Assembly (NCBI GenBank): GCA_019113165.1
Contig: DXHV01000055.1
Coordinates: 30,009-94,008 of the forward strand
Source: Candidatus Desulfovibrio intestinipullorum
GTDB lineage: Bacteria; Desulfobacterota; Desulfovibrionia; Desulfovibrionales; Desulfovibrionaceae
Direction of reading: 5' to 3'
Length of the DNA stretch: 64,000 nt
The translations under genes were made by a program, and so were the position numbers. Under the pieces are notes generated by a model. That model was not told the DNA's origin, did no database searches, and saw only the letters and a list, made by a program, of their open reading frames with translations. This document shows, piece by piece, positions 28,342-37,785 of the stretch (the stretch's first letter is position 1; every line of letters starts with the position of its first letter).

Positions 28342-29280
28342 CTAGAGGCCAATCTCGCTGAGTTCCGGCGTGCCCGTGCCCAGGGACCCTGCGCCCATCT
28401 GGGCCACCGTGGCTGCCCCGAGCAGGCCGCAGCCAATGACAATGGCTATGATAGCGCTGCCCTTGGGCTGGCCGGGCTGCTGGGAGCGGGACCAGAGCTG
28501 CCAGAGGCCAAGGCCCACCAGGAAGAAGCCGCCCAGGGCGAAGCCAGCCTGCAAAAGCGGCCCGAAGCGGGAGAGCTCGCCCTTGAGGTTGTCGGCCATG
28601 TCCCCGAGGCTCGTGGCGGCCAGGGCATTGGTGCAGGAGACGATCACAAAGAAGAAGACGGCCTGCACAACGCAGCCCAGCCGCTCCCTCGGTCCTGTCG
28701 CCGTCCCTGCTGCACCCTGGGCCCCATTCCCGTTTCCGCTCTTCCCTGCTCCGGCCTCCTGTTCATCGGCGGCACGGGCACGATCGCGTTCTTCAAGCCT
28801 GGCCATGACCCTGTCGGCGGTTCGTGCGGCCGTCTGCTCGGCCAGCCAGTCGGCAAGCTCCCTGGCCTGCTCCTCGCCAGCCCTGCGGGCTGCCCTGCGG
28901 TTGCGGGATCCGGACTTGCGATCCTGTGCCTGAGCCTGCACGAGGCCTGCTGCCTGTACGGGCCCGGAGTCAGAAGCCACAGGGACCGGTGCAGAGGCCG
29001 GCGCAGAAACCTGTTCAGTGGCCTGCCCGGAACCCTGGCCAGCAACCTGCTCAGGGACAGCGGCCGAACCGGCGTTGCGCACAGCCTGGGCAGCACCCTG
29101 GACAGCTCCCTGAGAATCTCCCTGCCCCTCTGCGTGTGCGCCTCCGGCAGCGGGGGAAGGCACTTCCCTGTTCACGGCAGCTTCCCTGTGTGCCCTGTCC
29201 GGGACAGGGCTGTCCTTGTGTGGGGTTGTGCCGCCCACAGTCTCCTGTGTGGCAATCTGTTCCCTGTTCTGTTCGTTCAT
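28342..29280 (-). CDS. membrane protein, C-terminal IcmD/DotP (TraR)-like by position; long low-complexity N-terminus
   Basis: SD AAGGAGG before ATG 29280. The C-terminal ~110 aa have 3 hydrophobic segments (VFFFVIVSCTNALA, AGFALGGFFLVGLGLWQLW, AIIAIVIGCGLLGAATVA). The N-terminal ~200 aa are Ala/Gln/Gly/Pro-rich. Confidence 0.4.
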   Translation of the reverse strand: MNEQNREQIATQETVGGTTPHKDSPVPDRAHREAAVNREVPSPAAGGAHAEGQGDSQGAVQGAAQAVRNAGSAAVPEQVAGQGSGQATEQVSAPASAPVPVASDSGPVQAAGLVQAQAQDRKSGSRNRRAARRAGEEQARELADWLAEQTAARTADRVMARLEERDRARAADEQEAGAGKSGNGNGAQGAAGTATGPRERLGCVVQAVFFFVIVSCTNALAATSLGDMADNLKGELSRFGPLLQAGFALGGFFLVGLGLWQLWSRSQQPGQPKGSAIIAIVIGCGLLGAATVAQMGAGSLGTGTPELSEIGL

Positions 29281-29390
29281 CAGGTCCTCCTTGATGGTTG
29301 CTGTTCTTTTGTGTCTTGTGTCGCGAAAGCCCGGGGCCTTGCGTGCAAGCCCACTGCATCGCTGCCCCGGCACCCCATGGTGTGCAAAGC

Positions 29391-29921
29391 TCAGTCGCCC
29401 AGCAGCACGCGGGCCACCTCCTCCACACTGCCGCCCATGGTGGAGCCCAGGGCGAGGACAAAGGTACGGATGTTGAGACAGAGGATGCCGCCCACGATGT
29501 GGGTGATGGCCGACCAGAAGACGTGGGCCCTGCTCGCGGACTCCCTGAGCATGACCAGGCCCTTCACGATCTGATAGGCGCCCACCACCATGACAATGGT
29601 CACGGCCAGGCGGATCATGGGCTCAAGACCGCCGGCACTGCCCACGCTCACCGAGGCAAGGTCGGCCGGCGCCGAGGTGCGAAAGAGGCTCATGGTGAGC
29701 GCGTCCATGACCGTGGTAAGGCTCAGCATAAGCCCTGCCACCAGCAGGGCGCACAACCCGGGCCAGGGACTCCGGCGCTCCTCGCCGCTTGCCTTGAGCT
29801 GCACCAGGGCAGCCCCCAGGAAGACAAAGCCTGCCAGGATGCTCACCGTGCGAATGAGGGGGTAGAAATGCTGCAGTTCGGAGGCCAGCCTGGCACAGGC
29901 CGCAAGCAGGTCCGATTCCAT
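29391..29921 (-). CDS. polytopic membrane protein, IcmC/DotE (TraQ)-like by size, topology and position
   Basis: SD AAGGAG before ATG 29921. 176 aa with 4 hydrophobic segments. Sits between the DotF-like and IcmD-like genes. Confidence 0.45.
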   Translation of the reverse strand: MESDLLAACARLASELQHFYPLIRTVSILAGFVFLGAALVQLKASGEERRSPWPGLCALLVAGLMLSLTTVMDALTMSLFRTSAPADLASVSVGSAGGLEPMIRLAVTIVMVVGAYQIVKGLVMLRESASRAHVFWSAITHIVGGILCLNIRTFVLALGSTMGGSVEEVARVLLGD

Positions 29922-29945
29922 ACGCTGCTCCTTCCTGCCTGGCTT

Positions 29946-32900
29946 TTAGTTCACTCCGGGGCCCTGGCGCCCGGAGTCCTTCTTCCCGGAGTCCTTCTTT
30001 CCAAAATCCTTCTTTCCGGACCGGTTCGTTCCGGAACCGGCAAAGGAGAGGGGCCCCTTGTCCGTCAGCACCCTGTGCCCGGCAAGGTCAATGGCCAGCA
30101 CCCGGAAGTCCGTGGTGCGGCCGCCAGCCACCACGGTCCAGGCCCGGCCCTCGGGATCGGCCAGCACGGCCCGGTTGTCGCCAATGCCGGCCACGGTCCA
30201 GCCCCTGAGGGCCAAGGGCACGCTCTTTCCTGCCTGCGCCTTTGCCCTGGCATTTGTTCGGGCACGCTCCTTCTTTTCCCGGACCGTGCGGGCCTGTGCC
30301 TTCTGCTTCTTCTCCTGCTTCGTCCTGTTCACCTCCCTGCCGGAGTCTGCCTTCGCACTGTCCTTCCGGGCTTCCTTGCGGGTCTCCTTCTGAACAGTCT
30401 GCTGTTCGCTGTCGGGGGCCTTCTGCTGCGTGTTGCGGTCGTCCTCAGGCAGAACCTGCGGGCTCTGTGCTCTGCCTGCAGCCTTCCCGGCGGGCTCACG
30501 CGAAGAAGCAGCCGGGGCGGCGGCCGTCAGGGCCGCACCGGAAAGCAGGGCGGTATGGGCGTCAGACGCTGTTTCTGTGGAAGCGGTGTCGGGAGCCTGG
30601 GCAGCCCTGGCAGCCAGGGCCCGGGCCGCACGGCGGGCAAGCTCGCGGGAGAACTCGTCCTCTGCCAGCACAAGGGCCCGGGAGCGCAACGCCCACTGCC
30701 GCATCTGGACGCCCAGGATCTCGCAGCGATCCAGCAGACGGATCAGGTCCGCCTCGGCGGCTTCCCTGGCACCGGAGGTGTCAGGCTGTCCGGCGTCCCC
30801 CGATACATCCTCCTGCCTGCCAAGGGCTTCTTCCACCCTGGCCAGCAGAGCCATGGTGTCTTGGGTGGTCAGGCGCAGGAGACGCAGTTCCAGGGCAAAC
30901 TGCCGCATCTGCCGCGCCTTCTCCTCGGCAGTTGCCCTGCCGGCAGGGTCTGCAGAGTCCCCAGAACTCGCAGACGTGTCGTCTGCCCCCTGCTCCGCAG
31001 CAGCCAGAGGCTCGGATGCCTGACCGGCTTCCCGGGAGACTTCCAGAGAGGTTTCCCGGGAGGCGCCCAAATCGTCTGCAGAATTGTCTTCATTCTGTTC
31101 GTCTGCGGACAGGATCTCGGCCCATTCCTGCGCTGTCAGACCAGCGGGCCGGTCGGCGTCCTGTGTGCCATGGAGACCATATGAGTCAGGGGCTGCCGTC
31201 CCGGGAACAAGGCCAGGAGCCGTCACGGGCACAGTCCCGTTCCGGTCCGCAGGAACAGAGGCGGACGGTCGGGACCGGTCAGTGAGCCGGTCTGGGAGCC
31301 GGCCTGTGACAGGGCCCCTGGGATCAGTCTGGCTCTGCATGAGGAACATCCCAATTGCGCCGATCCCGAGGACGATCAGGACAAGGACAATCAGCAAACG
31401 GTGGGAACAGCCAGAGAGGATGGGCAGACGGCGTCGCAGCGCAGCCGACTGTCCTGCCTGTGCCTCTTCGGCAGGCTGTTCTGGGGCCTGGTCAGTGCTC
31501 TGGTCTGTGCCCTGTTCTGTGGAACGGACGTCGGCCTCAGGAGACGCTGTCCTGTCAGACGCCGGTTCCTGCGAGACTGGGCCCGCAGCCTGGGGCCTGC
31601 TGTCCGCCCGGGCTGCCCAGGTGGCCTGGGCGGGAGTCTGCTCGGGGCTCTGGTCGACGCTCTGATTGACGCTCTGATTGACGCTCTGGCCAGAGCCCAC
31701 ATCCGCAGCAGGCTCCCTGGTCCGTGCACGCTCCCGGTGGTCTGCCTCATCCGTAGGCCCCGCAGGCCCCGTGGATCCAGGGACCGGCGCTCCTGCGGCA
31801 GGGACTCGTCCGGCAAAGCCCCTGTCTTCGGATTCTGCCGGCCCGTCATCCCTGCTGCGGGCTGCCCGGGCGGCCTCTTCGGCCTCCAGCTCGGGGAAGA
31901 GGCTGTCTGCATAGGGAGCACTCAGACGCTGACGCAGACGCCTGAGCTGGCCTTCGTCGTCGCGGGCAAAGGTCGGACGCCTGGGGATTGCGGCCTGGGC
32001 CTGGGTCTGCCGGGCAGCTTCCTGAAAAGCCGGCTGGAACGCTGTCTCTTGTGCTGCGTCTTGTGCCGCGTCAGGGTATCCTGCCACGGTCATTCCGTCT
32101 CCGGATCCTTCGGCCGGAGACGGAGCCGAATCCGAATTCGCGGACACGACAGGATCGGGCACATGTGAAGTCATCCGGGCCGTCATCTGGTCGGGGTTCT
32201 GCTCAGGACTCTGCTCGGGAGCCGTTTCCGCCGCTGCCTTGGCGCGGGTGCTCGTCCTGCGGCGCGTGCCGGTGGTGCCGGTGGTGGTCTTCCGGCGCGT
32301 GGGCTTTCTGGCGGCCTTCTTCTGCACGGTGCGGGTCGAGCGCGTGCTCCTGCGCTTCGAGCCGGTGAGCACAACGTCTTCTTCCACCACCATGGTGGTG
32401 CCCTCGGGCACGATGGGCACGGCTGCCTGATCGCTGAAGTCAAAGCTGCGGTCCAGGGCGCCGACCGCTTCCTCGCCTGTGGCCAGCTCGGCCGGAATGT
32501 CGCAGGCGGCCAGGGCCAGCACCTCGGGGCTCACTTCCTCGCCGGTCTCGACGACCACTCCAGGGACTGTTCCAGAGAGTGTTCCGATGCCTGTTCCTGC
32601 ACTGGCAGGCCCGGCAGCTCGGACGCCCGGGCCCGCAGCGGATGCGGCGGCAGGGACTGTCGCCGCAGACGGAGACTCGGCTGCCGGCACAGCCGCTGCG
32701 GCCTGGTTCTGGCGCTGATCAGGGCCATACTCCTGTCGCTGGTCCTGTCGCTGGTCGGGGTGTGCTGCTGCACGGAAACCCCGCCGGCCGCCCATGGGCC
32801 GCAGATGGTAGATGGGACGGCGTGCCGGCGCCTGGGAGACGGTGTTTCCGGTGGCCTCTGCCTGCGGCCTGGCAGCAGCCCGTGCAGCTGCGGCTGTTTC

Positions 32901-33065
32901 TTCGCTTCGGGCGGCACTGGTCGCGGCAGCGCCGGCCCGGGGCTCGGCATTCAGATCTGGCAGGCCTGGCAGGCTCATCTGGACGGCCTGGCTCGTCCGG
33001 ACGACCTGGCCAGACCCTGCCGCTTCCCCTGGCAGTACGCTGGGAATGGATTGTGTGGGACGCAT
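29946..33065 (-). CDS. giant DotF/IcmG (TraP)-like bitopic protein with massive low-complexity expansions
   Basis: SD GGAGG before ATG 33065. 1039 aa. Single TM (LLIVLVLIVLGIGAIGMFL) near the middle, a coiled-coil-like segment, and a C-terminal beta-rich domain (LRGWTVAGIGDNRAVLADPEGRAWTVVAGGRTTDFRVLAIDLAGHRVLTDKGPLSF) resembling the DotF/PilP-type fold. Follows the DotG gene. Confidence 0.5.
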   Translation of the reverse strand: MRPTQSIPSVLPGEAAGSGQVVRTSQAVQMSLPGLPDLNAEPRAGAAATSAARSEETAAAARAAARPQAEATGNTVSQAPARRPIYHLRPMGGRRGFRAAAHPDQRQDQRQEYGPDQRQNQAAAAVPAAESPSAATVPAAASAAGPGVRAAGPASAGTGIGTLSGTVPGVVVETGEEVSPEVLALAACDIPAELATGEEAVGALDRSFDFSDQAAVPIVPEGTTMVVEEDVVLTGSKRRSTRSTRTVQKKAARKPTRRKTTTGTTGTRRRTSTRAKAAAETAPEQSPEQNPDQMTARMTSHVPDPVVSANSDSAPSPAEGSGDGMTVAGYPDAAQDAAQETAFQPAFQEAARQTQAQAAIPRRPTFARDDEGQLRRLRQRLSAPYADSLFPELEAEEAARAARSRDDGPAESEDRGFAGRVPAAGAPVPGSTGPAGPTDEADHRERARTREPAADVGSGQSVNQSVNQSVDQSPEQTPAQATWAARADSRPQAAGPVSQEPASDRTASPEADVRSTEQGTDQSTDQAPEQPAEEAQAGQSAALRRRLPILSGCSHRLLIVLVLIVLGIGAIGMFLMQSQTDPRGPVTGRLPDRLTDRSRPSASVPADRNGTVPVTAPGLVPGTAAPDSYGLHGTQDADRPAGLTAQEWAEILSADEQNEDNSADDLGASRETSLEVSREAGQASEPLAAAEQGADDTSASSGDSADPAGRATAEEKARQMRQFALELRLLRLTTQDTMALLARVEEALGRQEDVSGDAGQPDTSGAREAAEADLIRLLDRCEILGVQMRQWALRSRALVLAEDEFSRELARRAARALAARAAQAPDTASTETASDAHTALLSGAALTAAAPAASSREPAGKAAGRAQSPQVLPEDDRNTQQKAPDSEQQTVQKETRKEARKDSAKADSGREVNRTKQEKKQKAQARTVREKKERARTNARAKAQAGKSVPLALRGWTVAGIGDNRAVLADPEGRAWTVVAGGRTTDFRVLAIDLAGHRVLTDKGPLSFAGSGTNRSGKKDFGKKDSGKKDSGRQGPGVN

Positions 33066-33231
33066 GATTCCTCCGCCTGTTTCTGCTGATTGGTTCTGCT
33101 GGTTCCTTGCTGAGTTGTATCGTGTGGTGTCGGCTGGCTGCTGAGGCCTTCCTGCTGTTGTGACATCTTCTGCCCTGGGGTTTTCTGTCCCTGGTGCCTT
33201 GCCCGATCGATCTTTGCCGGGACGGCCTCTG

Positions 33232-34659
33232 TCAGGGCTGCATGTGCACAAAGCGTGGTCCGCTGCGTGTCTCGTCCCCTGTCGTCCCGGATACGGAATG
33301 GGTGTTTTGTCTGGTCGCTGCCGGGACGGGCCTGGGAGCTGCCCTTGTGTCTGTCAGGGCCGCCTGACCGTGTCCTGGGAGCTGCAGGATGAGCACCCCC
33401 ATGAGGGTACCGGAGTCCAGGGTGACCGTAGGGGCCATGGTGAAGTTCTTCTCGAAGACCCCGGCCGCCCGCTCGCCCACCTTGCCGGCGGCAATCCAGG
33501 CCTCGTCGCCCGGGGAATAGCCCGGCACGCTCAGGCCCGAGCCGTAGATCGACGTATAGGATCTCGTGCCTGCCCGGCTCACCGCATCGCCAAAGCCCTC
33601 CAGAAAGGAGGCTGCCACAAGGCCGCCCCAGCGGCTGAGGCCATGGCGGTCCACGGCCGAGCGCACGGCCGTGCGATCCGTTTCCGGGTCTATGGCACAG
33701 GCTTCCAGGGGGATGATCTGTCCTTCCCTGGTCACCAGCTGGCTGAAGGCAAGCATGAGGTGCTCGCCCAGGCGCCTGAAGGAGCCGATGACCCTGGCTC
33801 CCTTGTACGGCCCCTGCACCACCTCCACCATGGCAGGCCCTGGCGCATCGGAGTCCAGGGTCACCCGGTTGACGGCGGTCAAGATGTCGCCAACCTTCAT
33901 CCCTGCCAGGGTGGGCGCCTCCCCGGCCTGAGCGGGTGCCTGAACGGACGCCTGTTTCTGAGCCTGGGGCGCATTGAGGACATAGACGCCGGCTGAAGCC
34001 AGTTCCTGGGACGGCAGACTTCCCAGGAAACGCATCATGGCCTCGCGCCGGCGGGCCAGTTCCTGATCCGCTCTCTGTCGCTGGGCCTGCAGCTCCCGCT
34101 GTTCAGCCCTGTCTTGGACTGGCTGAACCGGAGCAGGCCTGGAACGCAGGACAACAGTCTCTGGCTTTTTGGGCTCAGGCTCGGGCTTTGGGGGAACAGG
34201 AGCCGGAGCCGGCGGCAGATCGGTCGTTTTGGGCAGCTCCCGCACGCCGGTTGCCGGCGACACAAAGGTGTCGTGCTCCGAGAGGGCCTGTCTGGCCCGT
34301 TCTTCGGAGTAGCGGTGCAGGTTTTCCTGATAGGCCGCACTGCTGCGGGCTTCCACCTGCTCCAGGCGGGACGTGGCCGAGGTGAGCTCGCCCACGTGCA
34401 CCCGGCCTTCCTCGCCCCCGGTGCAGCGCACCAGGCTGAAGGCCAGAAAGCCTGTCATGGCAAGCAGCATGACCCAGGGGAGAATGCGGGCCAGGGGACG
34501 CGCCCGATCCTGCTGCTCGTACTCGGCCAGGGACTGCACGCCAGGACTGGCCTGGGCGCCGGCAGTTGCCGGCCCGCCGCTTGTGTCGGACAGGTTGTCG
34601 GGCAGGGCTGCGGACAGGGACAGGCCTGCGCCGCTGCCTGATTGTGCGGACTGTGGCAT
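33232..34659 (-). CDS. icmE: DotG/IcmE (TraO-like), VirB10/TrbI-domain core-complex protein
   Basis: SD GAGGTGG before ATG 34659. TM (ILPWVMLLAMTGFLAFSLV), a Pro-rich linker, and a C-terminal TrbI-like domain (MVEVVQGPYKGARVIGSF..LVTREGQIIPLEACAIDPETDRTAV..DRHGLSRWGGLVAASFLEGFG). Confidence 0.8.
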   Translation of the reverse strand: MPQSAQSGSGAGLSLSAALPDNLSDTSGGPATAGAQASPGVQSLAEYEQQDRARPLARILPWVMLLAMTGFLAFSLVRCTGGEEGRVHVGELTSATSRLEQVEARSSAAYQENLHRYSEERARQALSEHDTFVSPATGVRELPKTTDLPPAPAPVPPKPEPEPKKPETVVLRSRPAPVQPVQDRAEQRELQAQRQRADQELARRREAMMRFLGSLPSQELASAGVYVLNAPQAQKQASVQAPAQAGEAPTLAGMKVGDILTAVNRVTLDSDAPGPAMVEVVQGPYKGARVIGSFRRLGEHLMLAFSQLVTREGQIIPLEACAIDPETDRTAVRSAVDRHGLSRWGGLVAASFLEGFGDAVSRAGTRSYTSIYGSGLSVPGYSPGDEAWIAAGKVGERAAGVFEKNFTMAPTVTLDSGTLMGVLILQLPGHGQAALTDTRAAPRPVPAATRQNTHSVSGTTGDETRSGPRFVHMQP

Positions 34660-34837
34660 GGTCCACCTCGTACCTGGTCTGTCGTCCCTGCCCAACGCCT
34701 GCCGGCTTTTGGGGTCTGTTGTGTCAGGCAGGGACAACGTTGCCTGTGTAGTCTGTGTGTGTTTTGTGCCGGAAGGGACTTGTGTTCAGGGACGTCCGGG
34801 CTGCAGACTTCCGGGAACAGACGATCAGGAGACATGC

Positions 34838-36313
34838 TCAGGGGCCCGGCCGCTGGCAGACAAGGCTCAGCCTCCGGCCGTTCTTGCTCACCACAATGCT
34901 GGCCGTGACCGGCATCACATAGAGGTGCACGTCCTCGCAGGCCGCACTGCGCTCCCAGGCAGGCCACACGGCCTGGTAGATGGAGCGCACATAGAGGCTG
35001 CCCTCGTAGGCCCAGACCTGGACCCCAGGGTCTGCGGGCCGGGTGCGCAGGCGCACGGCCCCCTTGGGCGGCACTCCGTGCACAAAGGCCAGCAGCTCCT
35101 CGCTCACCGGCTCCTGCTCAGGCCCCAGAACGGGTGTTCTGGCCCCAGGGCCTTCCTTCTGTACCCTGAAGATGGTGAGAGCATCGTTGAGGCGGCCTTC
35201 CCTGCGGCCGCTGCCCGTGACCAGATGCAGCACAACGGGGTACTCGGCCCCTTCCAGGGTGAGCACCAGGTTGGACGACGCATGGTCGCGCAAGGGGGCA
35301 AGGTTCACAATGTGGGAGTGGACATTGCGCTCGCCCTGCTCTGCCTCTGCGCCCTTCCCCCTGTTCTCTCCTGCAGCCGCTGCTTCCACCCGTGGCTGCG
35401 AGACCGCATAGGCCCTGGCATTGCCCAGAATGGCCGCGAGCACGGGCCAGGGGGCCCCGGTGACGTCCTGAAAGAGCAGTGTGGACGAATAGCCGGCCGT
35501 CAGATGAATGACCGGCGGTTCGTCCTGCACACTGCCTGACAGGGTGCGGGTATGGGTGCGCATGCGCGCCGGATCCGGCAGGGCCGCATTGTCCAGACGT
35601 TCCTTCTGATCGAGATAGGTACGCACCTCGTCCGGGCCCAGGGGGAGGAGGTCTTCCAGGGACCTGGCAAAGGCTTCCTCGTGCTGCTGATGGCGCAGGG
35701 CTTCTGCCTTTTTTCCGGCAGCCTTGGCGGCCTCTCGTGCGTCTGCGTCTGCTCCGGCAGGGACTCTGGCTGTGCCCTGAGTCCGGGCGGCTGTGCCTGT
35801 GGCCTCATCCTGCAATTGCAGAGACCCCGGGTCCTTCTGAGCCCCTTGTGCCGGCACGGGCGCCGGATCCTCGGGGACCAGGGCGGACCGGTCCTGAGCT
35901 GCCAGGGCCTCGGAGCCTGCCAGAACGACCAGGCAGAGGATCCAGGCACCGACCAGCAGCCGGAACACAAGCACAGGCAGCAGGAAGGGGGTGATCCTTC
36001 TGCCGGTCTGTCCCCTGTTCCTGGGCGTCAGGGAGCCTTCGGGCTGTTCGGCTGGTCCGGGCTTTCCGGGCATTTTTGTTCCGGGGATTCCGGGCATTGC
36101 GGACATTCTGATTGTTGCGCGGCCTTGTGATGCGCCTTCTGTGTCCGCTCCCCGGAGGCTGCTTCCTGCGAAAAAGGCTCTGTTCGCCAGGCTGCCGGCC
36201 CGAAGGCGGCAGGGGATGTGGCCCCTGGGCAGCTGGACACGGAGCAGCCTGCGGCCGGCAGGGCAAAAGCCCGTGCCGAAGCACGGCTGATGCTGAATGC
36301 GTGCGTGGTTCAT
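34838..36313 (-). CDS. icmK: DotH/IcmK (TraN-like) outer-membrane core-complex protein
   Basis: The C-terminal half (PVIHLTAGYSSTLLFQDVTGAPWPV..IVNLAPLRDHASSNLVLTLEGAEYPVVLHLV) matches DotH/IcmK. The signal-like segment is ITPFLLPVLVFRLLVGAWILCLVVLAGSEALA. The start is uncertain: ATG 36313 has an AGGAAG SD; alternatives are 36106, 36073, or GTG 36598. Confidence 0.7.
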   Translation of the reverse strand: MNHARIQHQPCFGTGFCPAGRRLLRVQLPRGHIPCRLRAGSLANRAFFAGSSLRGADTEGASQGRATIRMSAMPGIPGTKMPGKPGPAEQPEGSLTPRNRGQTGRRITPFLLPVLVFRLLVGAWILCLVVLAGSEALAAQDRSALVPEDPAPVPAQGAQKDPGSLQLQDEATGTAARTQGTARVPAGADADAREAAKAAGKKAEALRHQQHEEAFARSLEDLLPLGPDEVRTYLDQKERLDNAALPDPARMRTHTRTLSGSVQDEPPVIHLTAGYSSTLLFQDVTGAPWPVLAAILGNARAYAVSQPRVEAAAAGENRGKGAEAEQGERNVHSHIVNLAPLRDHASSNLVLTLEGAEYPVVLHLVTGSGRREGRLNDALTIFRVQKEGPGARTPVLGPEQEPVSEELLAFVHGVPPKGAVRLRTRPADPGVQVWAYEGSLYVRSIYQAVWPAWERSAACEDVHLYVMPVTASIVVSKNGRRLSLVCQRPGP

Positions 36314-36615
36314 GGTTCTTCCTAATGATTGTTCCTGTTGTTCTACCTGTTGTTCTGTGCTCTGTGCCGCCTGGGAATGCGCTCGCGGGGATGTCGCGGG
36401 CTTGTCTGCGGATCCCGGCATCGGCCTGTTCGCCTGGCCGTTCGTCTGGCTATTCGTCTGGCCGTTTGCCTGGGGCTTTGCGGCGAAGCCTCGGACTTTT
36501 GAGCAGGGCTCAGGACCCGGATGCATGATGCCAGGCAAAAATCCGTGTCCTGTCCTTCCCTGAGAATGTCTATTGGTTGAATGCTTTTTTGACTGCACGG
36601 ATTTTTGTTTTTGTC

Positions 36616-37785
36616 CTAGATGGCGCTCAGCAGGGTGCCAGGCCTGCGCTCGCCTTCAATGATGTCCAGCAGCATGTCGACACCGCCATTGCGCAGGAAC
36701 TCCGTACCCCTGGCGTTCTCGGCAAAGAGCCCCAGCAGCACGGACACAAAGAAGGCACGCTCCCTGCGGTGCTTTTCGGGCCAGAAAAGGATGCAGGCAT
36801 AGATGACCTCGGGATCCACAATGGCCAGCAGAAAGCCGCAGGCTTCGGGCTCAAAGAGGCTCCAGCCGCCAATGAAGCTGTAGAGACGCTTCAGGTCGGC
36901 TCGCACATCCCTGCGGCCCTGATCGTCCATGGCCAGAAAGCGGCCAAGCAGGATGCCCGAGAGCACCACAAAGTCCGAGGATCCCACAAAGGAGAGCGGG
37001 CACTGCAGGATCGTCTCCAGGGCCACCTTCTCGTCCTTCAGGATGTCGATGGCATTGATGCTGTCAATCCACTGGGCTTCGGCAGCAGACAACCCGGCCC
37101 TGGCATAGACGGCCTCGCTGCTGGCAGGACGCCGCTTCCAGGCGCGCTCTTCGGGGCTGCGCAGGCCGGCCTCCTGGTATCCGGCAGCAGTGCTGTCCTG
37201 ACGGTCTGCCAGACGGTCTGTCAGGCTGCGGGACAGGCGATCTTCGTATACAGCGGCGCCCAGGGCTTCCGTCTCTTCCCCGGAATCGTCCGCAGACCGG
37301 ACACGGGAGCTTTCGTACAGGGGGACAGAGGGACGGCCGGAAGGACTGGTGGAACGATTGCCCGAAGGATGGCCCAAAGGACTGGCAGACGGATTGCCCG
37401 AACGGTTGCCCGAAGGACTGGCAGACGGCCAGGCAGAGGGACGGGCAAAAGGACGGGCAGAAGAGCGGCCCAAATCCCTCTCTGCCGGACGGGCAAAGCT
37501 GTGCTGATACCTCTTTTCTGCAGACCCGCTGGCTGCCTCTTCCGCTTCCTGTTCCTGGAAATGAGCCTGCTCCAGTGCGTCCTTCAGTACGTCCTCCAAT
37601 ACCTCTTCCTGAGCCCATTCTGTCGCTGCCTGATGCTCCAGCCTGGTCTCTTCGTCCTGGTACTGCCCCTGTGTCGCCGCAAATGCTGCTTCAAAACTTT
37701 GCCTGCCTGCTAGGGACTGGCGCGTCGAAGGCTCTGCTGTCTGCAGGGGCCCTGGTGCTCCATTCTGTGCCTTGTATGTCTCCAT
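36616..37785 (-). CDS. hypothetical protein, first gene of the minus-strand T4BSS block
   Basis: SD GGAGGA before ATG 37785. 389 aa. Acidic N-terminus, a Ser/Pro/Arg repeat region (PSGNRS units), and a conserved-looking C-terminal ~170 aa. No family recognised. Confidence 0.5.
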   Translation of the reverse strand: METYKAQNGAPGPLQTAEPSTRQSLAGRQSFEAAFAATQGQYQDEETRLEHQAATEWAQEEVLEDVLKDALEQAHFQEQEAEEAASGSAEKRYQHSFARPAERDLGRSSARPFARPSAWPSASPSGNRSGNPSASPLGHPSGNRSTSPSGRPSVPLYESSRVRSADDSGEETEALGAAVYEDRLSRSLTDRLADRQDSTAAGYQEAGLRSPEERAWKRRPASSEAVYARAGLSAAEAQWIDSINAIDILKDEKVALETILQCPLSFVGSSDFVVLSGILLGRFLAMDDQGRRDVRADLKRLYSFIGGWSLFEPEACGFLLAIVDPEVIYACILFWPEKHRRERAFFVSVLLGLFAENARGTEFLRNGGVDMLLDIIEGERRPGTLLSAI

